Source: a virus (taxonomy: Duplodnaviria; Caudoviricetes). From it: a DNA stretch of 64,000 bases. A program made the position numbers and the translations under genes. Of the stretch, positions 47,991 to 57,949 are shown piece by piece (within the stretch, counting starts at the first letter, position 1; each line of letters begins with the position of its first letter). The notes beneath the pieces are model-generated. The model had not been told where the DNA came from. It did not search any database and saw only the letters and a list, made by a program, of their open reading frames with translations. The stretch covers positions 1 through 64,000 of IMG/VR virus record IMGVR_UViG_3300032224_000903; one strand, written 5' to 3'.

Positions 47991-50015
47991 ATGAAGTTGG
48001 GCTTAACCGAAAAACAATATAATCATTTACTTACTTTAATATCTGAAACGGAATTAGAGGAACAATCCGAACCTCCTGCTGCTGAACCTGAAAAGGGTAC
48101 ATCGGATAAACAGGCGGGTGGTCAAGGTTATCCTGAGGTTGGTAAATGGGAAAGTGGCGTAACAAGGGGTCCAGGCAATCAAGTAGGTATAACTAAATGG
48201 TCTGATGTTGTTGGTTCTAAATTGACAAGAAGTAAAGGTAATCAATTGAAAGAACAGTCTACACCGAATTTAATTCCGATTGGTGATAATTACAATAAGT
48301 TATTTAAAGGTAAAGAAAAACCAACACCTCCAATTCCGGCAATTGAAAAATATCCAAATAATCAACAAATGGATAAAAATGGTAATATAACCTACCCATA
48401 TGAGAAAAAAAATATGGAGGGTAATTATCTTTATTGGTATTATAAAAGTCCCATAAAATCAATCGCAGATGTTGGCTTCCAAGATAAACTTAATATAAAA
48501 TATAGACAAGATTTAAATAGTTGGATGATATCCAATATGAACATGACATTGGAAGATTGGGAAAGATATCACGGTAGAAAAAGTAAAAGTGGTAAAAATG
48601 TACCTAAAGGGTTTAATCCAGATTTATATGATGAATATCTTTCTAAAGAACAAGATTTAAGAAAAAGAGCTACAGATATGTTAAAAAAAACCATATCTGG
48701 AGACCCTAAAGATAAACAAAAATATGATAATATAATTAAACAATTAGATAATTTAAAAAAAGAATATAGTAATTCTGAATTTAGTTATGGTATAACTAAA
48801 GACGAACTAAATCAATATAACGAAAAGAAAAAGTTAATTGACGATTATTATGGTAATATGTTAAAATCTATTGGTGGTGGAAATAATTCACAATCTATAT
48901 TAGAACCAATAAAAAAAGATAATACATACATTCCTAAAAATATTAATATACCAAATCAAATCGACACATCAAATCAATATAATTTAATTAAAAAAGAATG
49001 GTCTGAACAACTAAAAACTTTAGACCTTTTATTTGGTAAAGATAATTGGACAAAAGATGTCAGTATTTTGGGTCAAGAATTTGATAGAATTTGGGATAAG
49101 TGGGGATCAGTAATACAAATCATTGGTAATATTGCAATAATAGCAGTTTCAGGTGGTATTGCTGGAGTGGTTGAGGGTGCCGCTGGTGCGATTGGATTTA
49201 CGGTGTCGTCAGGAGCACTTAGAGCTGCGGCACCTTATGTTGCTGATTCTGTATTTAATACGTTAATTGGTACTTATGAATCATCAAGAGGTAAAAATGA
49301 AGAGGCTTTAATTTCTTTCCTATGTGCAATGGTTCCATATGTAACTTATGGTAAAAATATTGGTAAGGTATCTATTGAAACTGCGGAAGGGTTATCTAAA
49401 AAAATTATATTAAATAAATTTGATACAAAAGAAAGTATGGATCGATTTATTAAGTCATTAACTCCAGAGGAAAGATATATTTTCAGAGAAACAATGTCAT
49501 TACCTAAAGAAACAATAAAAACAAACTTTGATTTAGCGGTTAAACAGATAGGTAAAACCATAAAAGGTGCGGGTTTAAAAATACCTAAAGCTGGAATATC
49601 AATTTGGGGTCCGTTATTATCAAAACAACTTAGTGTTGAAGGTGGAATACCGGTTTCTGCTGCCATTATAAATGCTCTTTTTAAATTTATACAAAATAAT
49701 GAAATGATAAATTTAAGTTCAGATGATTTAATTAAAACTAGACAATATCTTGATGGTAAATTAAAAAATTCATCTCCACCTACCACCATGATGATATCAG
49801 ATAAAATTGTTGAAGGTATGGGAAATGGGTCGATTAAAACTTTCTTTGATGTAAAAAACGTAGTAAATGAAATGATATATAATGAACCAACAGATGAAGA
49901 TATTGATTATCTTAATAAGAAATATGGAAAATATGGTTTAAATTTATCAAAATATAAAAAAACTAAAAAAGTAAACCCTATTAGCTCTTTTAGTGGGTTA
50001 AAATTAAACAACTAA
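47991..50015 (+). CDS. Large tagged protein with Gly/Ala-rich hydrophobic hairpin and PT-TG-like motif
   Basis: MKLGLTEKQY..LISE..LKEQ; IIGNIAIIAVSGGIAGVVEGAAGAIG; GTYESSRGKNEEALISFLCAMVPYV. Confidence 0.75.
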   Translation: MKLGLTEKQYNHLLTLISETELEEQSEPPAAEPEKGTSDKQAGGQGYPEVGKWESGVTRGPGNQVGITKWSDVVGSKLTRSKGNQLKEQSTPNLIPIGDNYNKLFKGKEKPTPPIPAIEKYPNNQQMDKNGNITYPYEKKNMEGNYLYWYYKSPIKSIADVGFQDKLNIKYRQDLNSWMISNMNMTLEDWERYHGRKSKSGKNVPKGFNPDLYDEYLSKEQDLRKRATDMLKKTISGDPKDKQKYDNIIKQLDNLKKEYSNSEFSYGITKDELNQYNEKKKLIDDYYGNMLKSIGGGNNSQSILEPIKKDNTYIPKNINIPNQIDTSNQYNLIKKEWSEQLKTLDLLFGKDNWTKDVSILGQEFDRIWDKWGSVIQIIGNIAIIAVSGGIAGVVEGAAGAIGFTVSSGALRAAAPYVADSVFNTLIGTYESSRGKNEEALISFLCAMVPYVTYGKNIGKVSIETAEGLSKKIILNKFDTKESMDRFIKSLTPEERYIFRETMSLPKETIKTNFDLAVKQIGKTIKGAGLKIPKAGISIWGPLLSKQLSVEGGIPVSAAIINALFKFIQNNEMINLSSDDLIKTRQYLDGKLKNSSPPTTMMISDKIVEGMGNGSIKTFFDVKNVVNEMIYNEPTDEDIDYLNKKYGKYGLNLSKYKKTKKVNPISSFSGLKLNN

Positions 50016-50047
50016 AATAACTATTTATATAAAATATACAATTGTAG

Positions 50048-51757
50048 ATGATGAAAAAAATATTAATTAATGAGATAAATAGACAGTTAAAGTTGATGGG
50101 AGTTAATAAAATCTTGTCTGAAGGCGTTATAACCAATTGGGCTAGAGATTTTTTTCAAGCATCTAAGGTTGGTGTTGGGGTTAATAAAAGAAACGATCTT
50201 ATAAAATTATTTGATGAATCTATTAAAGAGGTTCCAATTGGTGGTTTTAAAACTTTTGAGGATTTAGAAAAGAATTTAGATATTTTTTTTAGAACTGGTA
50301 GATCGAACATTGCGGAAAGTGATTATACTAAATTAGCATTAAAAATGCTTGAGAAACTTTCTAAAGAGACCACAAATTATAAACAAATATCTGAAATAAT
50401 GTTAAATGCTTATAGAGGTGTTAATGGAATTGTTGCTGGAACACCAAGTGGTGATTTAGTTGAAAAGATGATTAGTTTATCAAAAACCGCCGGTAAATCT
50501 CCAGATGATTTAAAAGTGTTTAATCAACTATCACAAGACCTAATATCAAGAAGAATTGTTGATCCGTCAATCCCTAATTTAATAAAAAATATATATTATA
50601 ACGCAATAATTCCAAATGATGTTATAAAAACAATAGATGGATTTGTTACATATCTAAAAGGTTTACCTGGTATAAAACAAATATATGAAATAAACGCAAA
50701 AAAAGAAATGGACCGACTTGGTATGCAATCAACGTTTGACCAAATTGAATCAATTTTAAGACAATTTGATGATTCTCTTATTGAGGGTAATAATATTAAT
50801 TTTGATGAAGTATCAGCAAGAAATACGTTGTCTAAACTATCTGAAAAAGTTTCTTACGGTAAAAAAGATATCTTAAGATTTCTTTGGTTAGATGTTAAAA
50901 AAAGATTACCTCAAACCACAATATTACAACTTGAAGATGCAAACGGTGTATTAAATTATAATAATCTTAATGAATGGTTTACATATTTTGAAAAGGCATC
51001 TGGAAGTGAAGGAATAAAAAAACCTAATGAATATATTGGTAGATTAAAGGCATTAATTAGAATATTTAACGATCCGGTACATTACAAAGATGTAAAAACA
51101 TTTGGTAAAATAAAATTAGGATCTGAAAGAATTATTAAAGAATATTTTACAGGGTCCGCTAGATTAAAAGACGAAATTGCACAAATTGAGAAGGTAATGG
51201 GTAAGAAGGGAAAATTAGGTTATAATATTGGTGAGAGATTAGTTGCGTATGTTTTTTATTATCCACTTGTTGGGGCTTTTTTACAAACAATAGGCGATTA
51301 CCTTGAAAACACAGGATCGGTAACAAATGATGGTAAAGGATATAATATATTGGGGATTGGTGAGGTGGGAAAAGATTGGAGTATTTTACATGGAGAGACA
51401 TGGATTACTCCAGGAAAAAGAACAGGGTCTAATCTTGAAGGATTATGGAACTCATTTGCAATAAACTCAAAAGAATTTTTATATCCATTTAATGCAAGTT
51501 TTCAACAAATAAGTGTGATATCACCAGCACTTGCTGACCTTATTAATAAATTTGCAACAAACTTAGCCGGAGATAAAATAAATCCTGAAGAATTGGATAA
51601 AACTAAAAAGGCTATTATTGTAGAACAAACAGATACTTTACAAAAAATACAAATTGAAGGTGGAAATAGTTTGGAGATTAAAAATTTTATAGATAGTGTA
51701 GGTATGGAGCCATTGAATAAAACAAAAGAAATTTTTAAAATAGATACAACACAATAA
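50048..51757 (+). CDS. Large tagged protein with a TM segment
   Basis: MKKILINEINRQLKLMG..ILSE; LVAYVFYYPLVGAFL; TATTTATA 50022. Confidence 0.75.
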   Translation: MMKKILINEINRQLKLMGVNKILSEGVITNWARDFFQASKVGVGVNKRNDLIKLFDESIKEVPIGGFKTFEDLEKNLDIFFRTGRSNIAESDYTKLALKMLEKLSKETTNYKQISEIMLNAYRGVNGIVAGTPSGDLVEKMISLSKTAGKSPDDLKVFNQLSQDLISRRIVDPSIPNLIKNIYYNAIIPNDVIKTIDGFVTYLKGLPGIKQIYEINAKKEMDRLGMQSTFDQIESILRQFDDSLIEGNNINFDEVSARNTLSKLSEKVSYGKKDILRFLWLDVKKRLPQTTILQLEDANGVLNYNNLNEWFTYFEKASGSEGIKKPNEYIGRLKALIRIFNDPVHYKDVKTFGKIKLGSERIIKEYFTGSARLKDEIAQIEKVMGKKGKLGYNIGERLVAYVFYYPLVGAFLQTIGDYLENTGSVTNDGKGYNILGIGEVGKDWSILHGETWITPGKRTGSNLEGLWNSFAINSKEFLYPFNASFQQISVISPALADLINKFATNLAGDKINPEELDKTKKAIIVEQTDTLQKIQIEGGNSLEIKNFIDSVGMEPLNKTKEIFKIDTTQ

Positions 51758-51766
51758 ATTTAACTA

Positions 51767-52885
51767 ATGGCAAAGAATACAGGAGAAGAAAGAAGAATAT
51801 TTTTATTTAAAAATTTTGGTAAATACATCAAAGTTAATTATAAAAATAAACCAACTAGTTTGGTTGATTTAAATTTAGGAGAAGAAGCCCCGAAAGGAGC
51901 TGGTTGGAATAAATTTATTGAAATGTATTTTAGTGATGAAAATGGAGTATTAGATTTTTTTAAAGATATAAAAAAACTTTACGGTCTATTCAGTGGTCAA
52001 AACCAAACAACTTTACAAAGTTTAGTACCAAAAGTTAATTTACAACAGAACGACCCAACCAATTTGTTTATTTTCTATGCTTGTGATATGCCGTGGGCAC
52101 AAAATATCGGGTATTGTACTGGAAAACCAAATATAGACGACAAAGTTGGTGATTATACCACAGATAATACTTTAATTAAAAAGATAAAAATATCAAAAGG
52201 ACCCGATAATATAGACTCAACTAAAGAAAGTCTATACATTAATTCACCTTATTTTGAAAAATTACCCAAATTAGGTAATTATAATTTATCCGATTATGCG
52301 GTTTCTAAATTAACACAGTCAGCAACTGATTCTCCAATTTTTACGTTATCGAACCAATCAGGAGAGTCTCTTCCAAACGCCACTATTACATTTGACAATA
52401 CGGGATTTACATTTCAATTTTTAACATTTAAAATAATAGCAACTAAGATTAAATCTGAACCAGTTGATACAACTAAAAAAGACAATACTGTAGTAAAAAA
52501 AGACGATACTGTTGTAAAAAAAGACGATACTGTTGTAAAAAAAGATAAAGACGATGAAATACCAGTTGTAAGAACAAAACCGTTGTATTTTGATACAGAT
52601 AAAGAAGATGATACACCAACTAAAGATTGTGGAGACTTTCCTTTTACGTTAGGTTGTGTAAACACTAAAATAGGTGATTTAAGTGCTAAATTATTTAGAG
52701 GAGATAGAAAAAAAGATGTTTATACTCAAAAATTACAAGACTTTCTTTACCATACAGGAAATTTTGGATCAGAAAATCCTAATAAAGAATTATCTAAAGA
52801 TTTATGGAATGATTTAATGAACAGACAAGTAATTAAAGAATCAGTAAAAAAAGTTTTAAAAGAATATATTAATAAGAAAAAATAA
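51767..52885 (+). CDS. Protein with KKDDTVV repeats, possible degenerate PG-binding domain and C-terminal tag
   Basis: FPFTLGC...KLQDFL; C-term VIKESVKKVLKEY. Confidence 0.7.
   Translation: MAKNTGEERRIFLFKNFGKYIKVNYKNKPTSLVDLNLGEEAPKGAGWNKFIEMYFSDENGVLDFFKDIKKLYGLFSGQNQTTLQSLVPKVNLQQNDPTNLFIFYACDMPWAQNIGYCTGKPNIDDKVGDYTTDNTLIKKIKISKGPDNIDSTKESLYINSPYFEKLPKLGNYNLSDYAVSKLTQSATDSPIFTLSNQSGESLPNATITFDNTGFTFQFLTFKIIATKIKSEPVDTTKKDNTVVKKDDTVVKKDDTVVKKDKDDEIPVVRTKPLYFDTDKEDDTPTKDCGDFPFTLGCVNTKIGDLSAKLFRGDRKKDVYTQKLQDFLYHTGNFGSENPNKELSKDLWNDLMNRQVIKESVKKVLKEYINKKK
52475..52537 (+). repeat. In-frame 21-bp tandem repeat x3 (KKD[N/D]TVV)
   Basis: aaaaaagacRatactgtWgta units. Confidence 0.9.
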
Positions 52886-52897
52886 CATATTTATATT

Positions 52898-52990
52898 CAG
52901 AGTTTGGCGGTTTGGTCGCCGTTAAATGATAACTCTGTAAACGAAAAGGAGGTATTTTAAATCTCGGCAAAGGGTCTTCGGACCTTTTGT
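52898..52990 (+). ncRNA. Candidate ~90-nt structured RNA behind TATTTATA
   Basis: cagagtt/aactctg and ggcg/cgcc stems; AAAGGAGGT; ends in agggtc-ttcg-gacctt + T-run. Confidence 0.45.
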
Positions 52991-53000
52991 TGTTTTATAG

Positions 53001-53029
53001 AAAAACCCCTCATTTCTGAAGGGTTTTTT
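53001..53029. terminator. Bidirectional terminator downstream of tmRNA
   Basis: aaaaaccc..tca-tttc-tga..gggttttt. Confidence 0.7.
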
Positions 53030-53034
53030 AAGTT

Positions 53035-53432
53035 TGGTGGAGACGAAGGGAGTCGAACCCTTGTCCGATCCGCAGCACCATAGATGGACTACACGTTTAT
53101 TCTATTATTCACAACAGACAAATAGTAAGTTAATATCGGGAAACTTACAAGACCGTTCCTGACCGGATTTTCAAGAGCCGCCAAGTTTGCTCCAACACTC
53201 TAGGGTTATGTTCCACCGAAAGGACTTCTGTTCCTAGGTTATACGTCCATCAACCCGATTTGTAAGTGTGCTATTAGGCTACAGCTACAGTAGAAGTTGC
53301 GATTAAACCACAAGCTTCCATAACGTTATAAACGTTGTCTTTTGTTTTTTACCACCGTGTATTAAAGTCATAGATGATGTCTGACTACGTGCCCATTTAC
53401 CATACCAACGTCCGTCAAATCCAGGCGTCCCC
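53035..53432 (-). ncRNA. ssrA: tmRNA (one-piece)
   Basis: 5' GGGGACG pairs with 3' CGTCTCC-ACCA with G3:U wobble; T-arm GGTTCGACTCC; tag ORF 53339-53274 DNVYNVMEACGLIATSTVAVA**; TATATTTG promoter at 53442-53449. Confidence 0.92.
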
Positions 53433-53508
53433 ATAGTAATACAAATATAGATAAAAAAGGGTTAAAAAACTAATTTTAACCCTTAATACCAATATGTTAG
53501 AAAAAAAA

Positions 53509-53706
53509 TTACTTAGTAGTAGTTTTCTTAGCTTTTGGAGCCTTGTCAGTTACTTTTTTAACTTTAGCTTTAACTTCTGCAACTTTCTCTTTTACAACTT
53601 TAACTTCAGCAACAACCTCAGTTTCTAATTGTTGTAATTCTACAGCTTTTTCAGCCATTGTTCCAGCACCTAAAAGTTTCTTAATTAAATCAATAATTTT
53701 TTTCAT
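53509..53706 (-). CDS. Small Lys/Ala/Val-rich protein
   Basis: 65 aa with histone-like C-terminus; TATTTATA on - at 53721. Confidence 0.7.
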   Translation of the reverse strand: MKKIIDLIKKLLGAGTMAEKAVELQQLETEVVAEVKVVKEKVAEVKAKVKKVTDKAPKAKKTTTK

Positions 53707-53740
53707 AATTTTTCTTTTTATATAAATATATCAAAAATGA

Positions 53741-54421
53741 CTAAATTGTCAAGGGTAACCGTTTTTCAAATAACGCCTCAAATAGTAGTTTATTCTTTTC
53801 CCATTGTTTATTGGTTATACCTACTGATTTATGAGTGACCCCAAATTTGGTTGTTAAACCGATCTTAACCCCTTCAAATTGGTTCTCAACACAGAACGAA
53901 ATATCGTAGAAATGAAACCCTTCAAACTGTTCGTTAAATTCCTTCTTTATAAGACTTTTACGGACCATAAAGAATAAACCATCCACAATTACAACATCTT
54001 TAAGAACGTCGTTAAATACCCCCTTAGAATAGTGATTTACGTGTCTTTTACCCTCATGGATATGACCAACCACACCAAACATATTTTCACGATTATCCCA
54101 CCATCTTCCACTCGTTAATTTATCGGTTCCCGCAATTCCAATAATTCCATAATCAGCATGTTTTTCAAACAACTTAACAATCTTTGGGGTGATATTTGGT
54201 GTCTCCAAAATAAGGTCGTCATGCATGAAAACAACGATGTCATTAACACTTTCTTTTAACCCTTTGTTATAGACTTGTGTTAATGACATTTCGCCGTCAT
54301 TTTCATACATCAATATTTCCGTATTTGGATGGGAAAATATTCTTTTTACATGATCGTAATATGTTGGATCAATCTTTCTTGTGGATATAACCACACTTAC
54401 CATTTCATTATTCTTCGACAT
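53741..54421 (-). CDS. GT2-like glycosyltransferase
   Basis: YNKGL, VFMHDDL, G.AG, VDGLF, FHFYD.SFC. Confidence 0.8.
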   Translation of the reverse strand: MSKNNEMVSVVISTRKIDPTYYDHVKRIFSHPNTEILMYENDGEMSLTQVYNKGLKESVNDIVVFMHDDLILETPNITPKIVKLFEKHADYGIIGIAGTDKLTSGRWWDNRENMFGVVGHIHEGKRHVNHYSKGVFNDVLKDVVIVDGLFFMVRKSLIKKEFNEQFEGFHFYDISFCVENQFEGVKIGLTTKFGVTHKSVGITNKQWEKNKLLFEALFEKRLPLTI

Positions 54422-55157
54422 ATAGTACTTGTATTTTATGATTGATTTCGACTAAATCAATAACAATCGGTTTATTAATTGGTTCATAGGCGGCGGTACA
54501 GATTGATGCATTTACAAATGCGGTTTTTTTACCATACTCAATTCCATAACCTTCATGAATGTGACCAAACACATTTACCAATGGGTTTATTTCACCAATT
54601 CTGTTTATTAAACATTCACACCCAACATGTGTATTAGGTTGTCTCCAATTATTAACTAAATCTCCATATCCATTTGGTGGACTATGTGTTATTAAAACAT
54701 CTGTGTCCTCAGGTATACGGTTCCACTTCTCTTGTAATTCAATACCTAATCTTGGTAAGTTAAATGCCCAATCATAGAACCAAGGTTGCCAAGGACTACC
54801 ATAAAATTTGATAGGTCTTGAGAACTCGGGAGTTTCAATCGTAATAAAATCGTCCTCCAAATAAGTTACATTAGATTGAGATAAATTATTGGGAGACATT
54901 AAATGACTTAACCATTCGTAATCTTTTCTGTGATGAGGTAAATTTATTCTTTCAAAACAATGGTCGTGATTACCAGATATGAATATTTTTTGATCCCATC
55001 CACCTAAGTTTTTAAACCATTGAATAAAATCGGTAACGTCTCTTTCTCCACCTCTATTTGAAATATCACCCGCGTGAATTAACACATCACCCTTTGGTAA
55101 AGGATGCTCCATCTCATGATGAAGGCTGTGGGTATCTGAAATACATACTAATCTCAT
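54408..55157 (-). CDS. Metallophosphoesterase (calcineurin-like, MPPED type)
   Basis: ISDTH, HAGDI, GNHD, THSPP, FGHIHEG; TATATTTG promoter 55162. Confidence 0.9.
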   Translation of the reverse strand: MRLVCISDTHSLHHEMEHPLPKGDVLIHAGDISNRGGERDVTDFIQWFKNLGGWDQKIFISGNHDHCFERINLPHHRKDYEWLSHLMSPNNLSQSNVTYLEDDFITIETPEFSRPIKFYGSPWQPWFYDWAFNLPRLGIELQEKWNRIPEDTDVLITHSPPNGYGDLVNNWRQPNTHVGCECLINRIGEINPLVNVFGHIHEGYGIEYGKKTAFVNASICTAAYEPINKPIVIDLVEINHKIQVLYVEE

Positions 55158-55193
55158 ACCACAAATATAGGTATTTTTTTGGAATATACCAAA

Positions 55194-55799
55194 TTATACT
55201 TCAAAAACTAAATTAACTCGTAATTTATCTGAATCGTTGATAAAAGAATGTATCGTGTTTCCAAATGTATATATGGAATTAGAATCTAAATTACAAATAC
55301 GACAAGATTCGTCATATTGTAAAAAGTAATTATTAAACTCATCTATATTATCTTTTAATTCAATATGTTTTTGATTAATAATATCTTCAGTATTGTCAAA
55401 CATTATAAAATCAGAATATGCCTCATAACTAAAAAATCTGTCATGATTATTAAATGAAACTAAATGTCTATTTTTACCATGATCTCTATGAAAGTGAACA
55501 TACGTTTTCGGTGGATACGTCATCAACCACATCATTTTAATATTATAAATTGATTTTAGATATTCAATAGATTCTTTTATCGAATTGGTAATTAATTGGT
55601 TATTTAAAGATCCAATTGGAGTCCTTTCAATGTCTATAACAACTTCTTTATCTTTTGGAGATATTCCATCGTAGTAAACAAAATCATTATTAATTCCTTT
55701 AGGTAATTCGTGAGAATAAAAATTAAAAGATTCAAAAAAGTCTTTTAATAAATTAAAACTTGGGTGATTGATTGTTAGTTCTTTTTTAATAATATCCAT
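55194..55799 (-). CDS. 2OG-Fe(II)/cupin oxygenase, Asp/Asn beta-hydroxylase-like
   Basis: HFHRD...HSFIN.S...RVNLVF. Confidence 0.6.
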   Translation of the reverse strand: MDIIKKELTINHPSFNLLKDFFESFNFYSHELPKGINNDFVYYDGISPKDKEVVIDIERTPIGSLNNQLITNSIKESIEYLKSIYNIKMMWLMTYPPKTYVHFHRDHGKNRHLVSFNNHDRFFSYEAYSDFIMFDNTEDIINQKHIELKDNIDEFNNYFLQYDESCRICNLDSNSIYTFGNTIHSFINDSDKLRVNLVFEV

Positions 55800-55815
55800 A
55801 TTAATAAATAGTCAT

Positions 55816-56768
55816 AAAAAAAGTCAGAATTTCTTCTGACTAATCTTGTATAGGCCGTATGGTTTTACATACATTCACCACCACTTTGTTTTTCTAAACA
55901 AAGAAAATAAAACTCTGAGAATACAAGTTTTAACAATCGACTTAGGAACATTATTTGTTTCTTTCCCTTTCCACGAACTTTTGATTCGTACCGATCAATG
56001 ACGGTCAATTAGATTAACCAATCCTAAAGTCATCAGATACTCTTTTATTACTTATTACTCAACAAATCTGCCGACCTGTTTCAACCTTGCGGGTTTAGAG
56101 AACTTTCTTAAAAATCATATTGGGATTGAGTCCCTTTATGGCCGTGAACCTCTCACGACTAAGTAGTCACCTGTCTCCAATGACTGACGAACACTTTTTC
56201 TTTTTATGTATGATTTTTATACCAAAATAAAAATTTAGTTTTCCGAATTGGGAAAGTAGTGGTTCGTCACCTAGCCAAGTCATCTTTTGAACGACTCGAT
56301 ACTAAACTACTCTCTGAAGTGTCCCCACCTCCATATTTTTGGTTTCCTTCGAGATTAAACCCTTGGTAGGATTTAGTCAAGGACACTAACAGCACCACCT
56401 GTTTTTTGTCATACCTTCCATCTTACGACGCTACGGTTTTAAGACCACCATTGTATTGAATCACGCAATTGTATAATCGGATAACTATACTTCTCACAAA
56501 CTAATTCTATGGATTATTCTTATTGGTGTTCCCACCTCAACCAAACAACTCGGATTGCTTGGTCATCTAACCATTTCGCTACGGAGTTACCCTCACTACT
56601 TCAGGTCAAACGATATTCCACTTGTCTACTCGAGATCCATTACTGAATCCGCAATTTGTCCCAACCAAGGACTCCTCACTTTATCCCACTTTCATGGTTT
56701 ATTTTATTGACTATAGACGGCCAATATTTTTATTCAAAGAACATTATCTTTTGGATTATTCACCCTTC
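55816..56768 (-). ncRNA. Candidate large structured RNA (~950 nt), GOLLD-like
   Basis: No credible ORF; TATCTTTG at 56774-56781; terminator 55816-55841; GGCCGU/ACGGCC end-closing helix; many hairpins; near tRNA and tmRNA genes. Confidence 0.65.
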
Positions 56769-56805
56769 TTTTACAAAGATAAGAAATGTTTTCTAATATT
56801 CCAAA

Positions 56806-57021
56806 TTATTTTGAAACTTTTTTAGATTTTTTTTCTTTTTTAATTTCATATGATCCACCTTGATCGTGACCAACTTCAACATTCTCTTTTGGTGATTCAG
56901 TTATAATACCTTTCCATTCTGTTTTAGTTGTGTATTTCCATGTTGTACCGGCCATTTGGTAAGCTTGTTTTTCATCAACTCTAATAATATTTCCTGTTTT
57001 AGTATTTTTTAAACACTTCAT
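56806..57021 (-). CDS. Small basic hypothetical protein
   Basis: 71 aa ORF. Confidence 0.7.
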   Translation of the reverse strand: MKCLKNTKTGNIIRVDEKQAYQMAGTTWKYTTKTEWKGIITESPKENVEVGHDQGGSYEIKKEKKSKKVSK

Positions 57022-57187
57022 ATTTTCTATTTTTAATAATATAAGAAATTTTATTTAAAAAACAAAATAATCAATAGGGACAGTTCCTTCACTTCTGTCT
57101 TGTCTCTCCGTAGCAGTCAGCACTATTGATATTTGATGGATGAAAAACATCTATTCTTCTTGCGGACTTCCATCGGAGTCCCATATC

Positions 57188-57418
57188 TTATAAAAATCTA
57201 CTACCTTGTCTTCTTCTTGCCTCTTCGGCTTCCCTATACCAACGAATCCAAGTTAATGAAACATCAACGGGGGCAAGTATCCAAGCCATTACTAAAACCA
57301 TGATGGTATCTAATTCTGGCGAACCACCTGTGGGGTCGTTAGAATATCTTTTGTCTAAATTTTTAAACAACTGATACAAACAATAAATAACGCAAATAAC
57401 ATAATAACCTATAAACAT
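57188..57418 (-). CDS. Small membrane protein
   Basis: Two hydrophobic segments. Confidence 0.7.
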   Translation of the reverse strand: MFIGYYVICVIYCLYQLFKNLDKRYSNDPTGGSPELDTIMVLVMAWILAPVDVSLTWIRWYREAEEARRRQGSRFL

Positions 57419-57431
57419 AACTTTTAATTTT

Positions 57432-57782
57432 TTATTTCCAAAATAATGATATAATAATAATTGTGAAAGCCAACAGTAATTGAACTGCGGTTTTCATTGT
57501 GAACGGTTGACCAAAATGATATGGATAAAGAACCGCAGCAATCATAATACCTGTTACAAAAAATATGAACCTATTACTCCACATCTCACCGTTAAATGCC
57601 ATTACACCATAATGAGATGCTTTAATCCATAAGAATGTACAACCGACCGCAATTAAATAAGGCCATGGAGTTTTAATCCAATTTTCCATTTTAAATTGCC
57701 AATACATAATATACCAATGACCTATCGATCCCAAAAGGAAAAGTGATATTGATGTAAGTAAATTAACTATTTGTGGTTTCAT
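57432..57782 (-). CDS. 4-TM membrane protein
   Basis: Four hydrophobic segments; start MKPQIV. Confidence 0.7.
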   Translation of the reverse strand: MKPQIVNLLTSISLFLLGSIGHWYIMYWQFKMENWIKTPWPYLIAVGCTFLWIKASHYGVMAFNGEMWSNRFIFFVTGIMIAAVLYPYHFGQPFTMKTAVQLLLAFTIIIISLFWK

Positions 57783-57818
57783 GATAATAGTATACAAAAA
57801 ATATTTAACAAAACAAAA

Positions 57819-57945
57819 TAGATGACAGCACCCATAACAGGGGTTTGGCCTCGGGTTACATCACGTATAGAATAAACCAAAGTATATTCTGCCCCGATAT
57901 TGTGCGACGGCCTCATCAGTTTCTACTGAATCCTTCGTCATCTAC
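57819..57945 (-). ncRNA. Candidate structured RNA downstream of tRNA-Ser
   Basis: 8-bp closing stem tagatgac/gtcatcta with internal hairpins. Confidence 0.45.
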
Positions 57946-57949
57946 TTTT

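Noticed and set aside
56622-56825. 67-aa plus-strand ORF in the large non-coding region
   Set aside because: Antisense to the promoter/terminator-defined RNA unit; no promoter and no recognisable motif
57075-57182. Possible structured RNA (gggac/gtccc closure) or 31-aa ORF
   Set aside because: Only short stems and no promoter; neither reading can be supported over the other
57840-57925. Hammerhead ribozyme (CUGAUGA-GGCC...GGCC-AAAC)
   Set aside because: Lacks G12 of GAAA, has G at the cleavage position, and stem I cannot form next to the core
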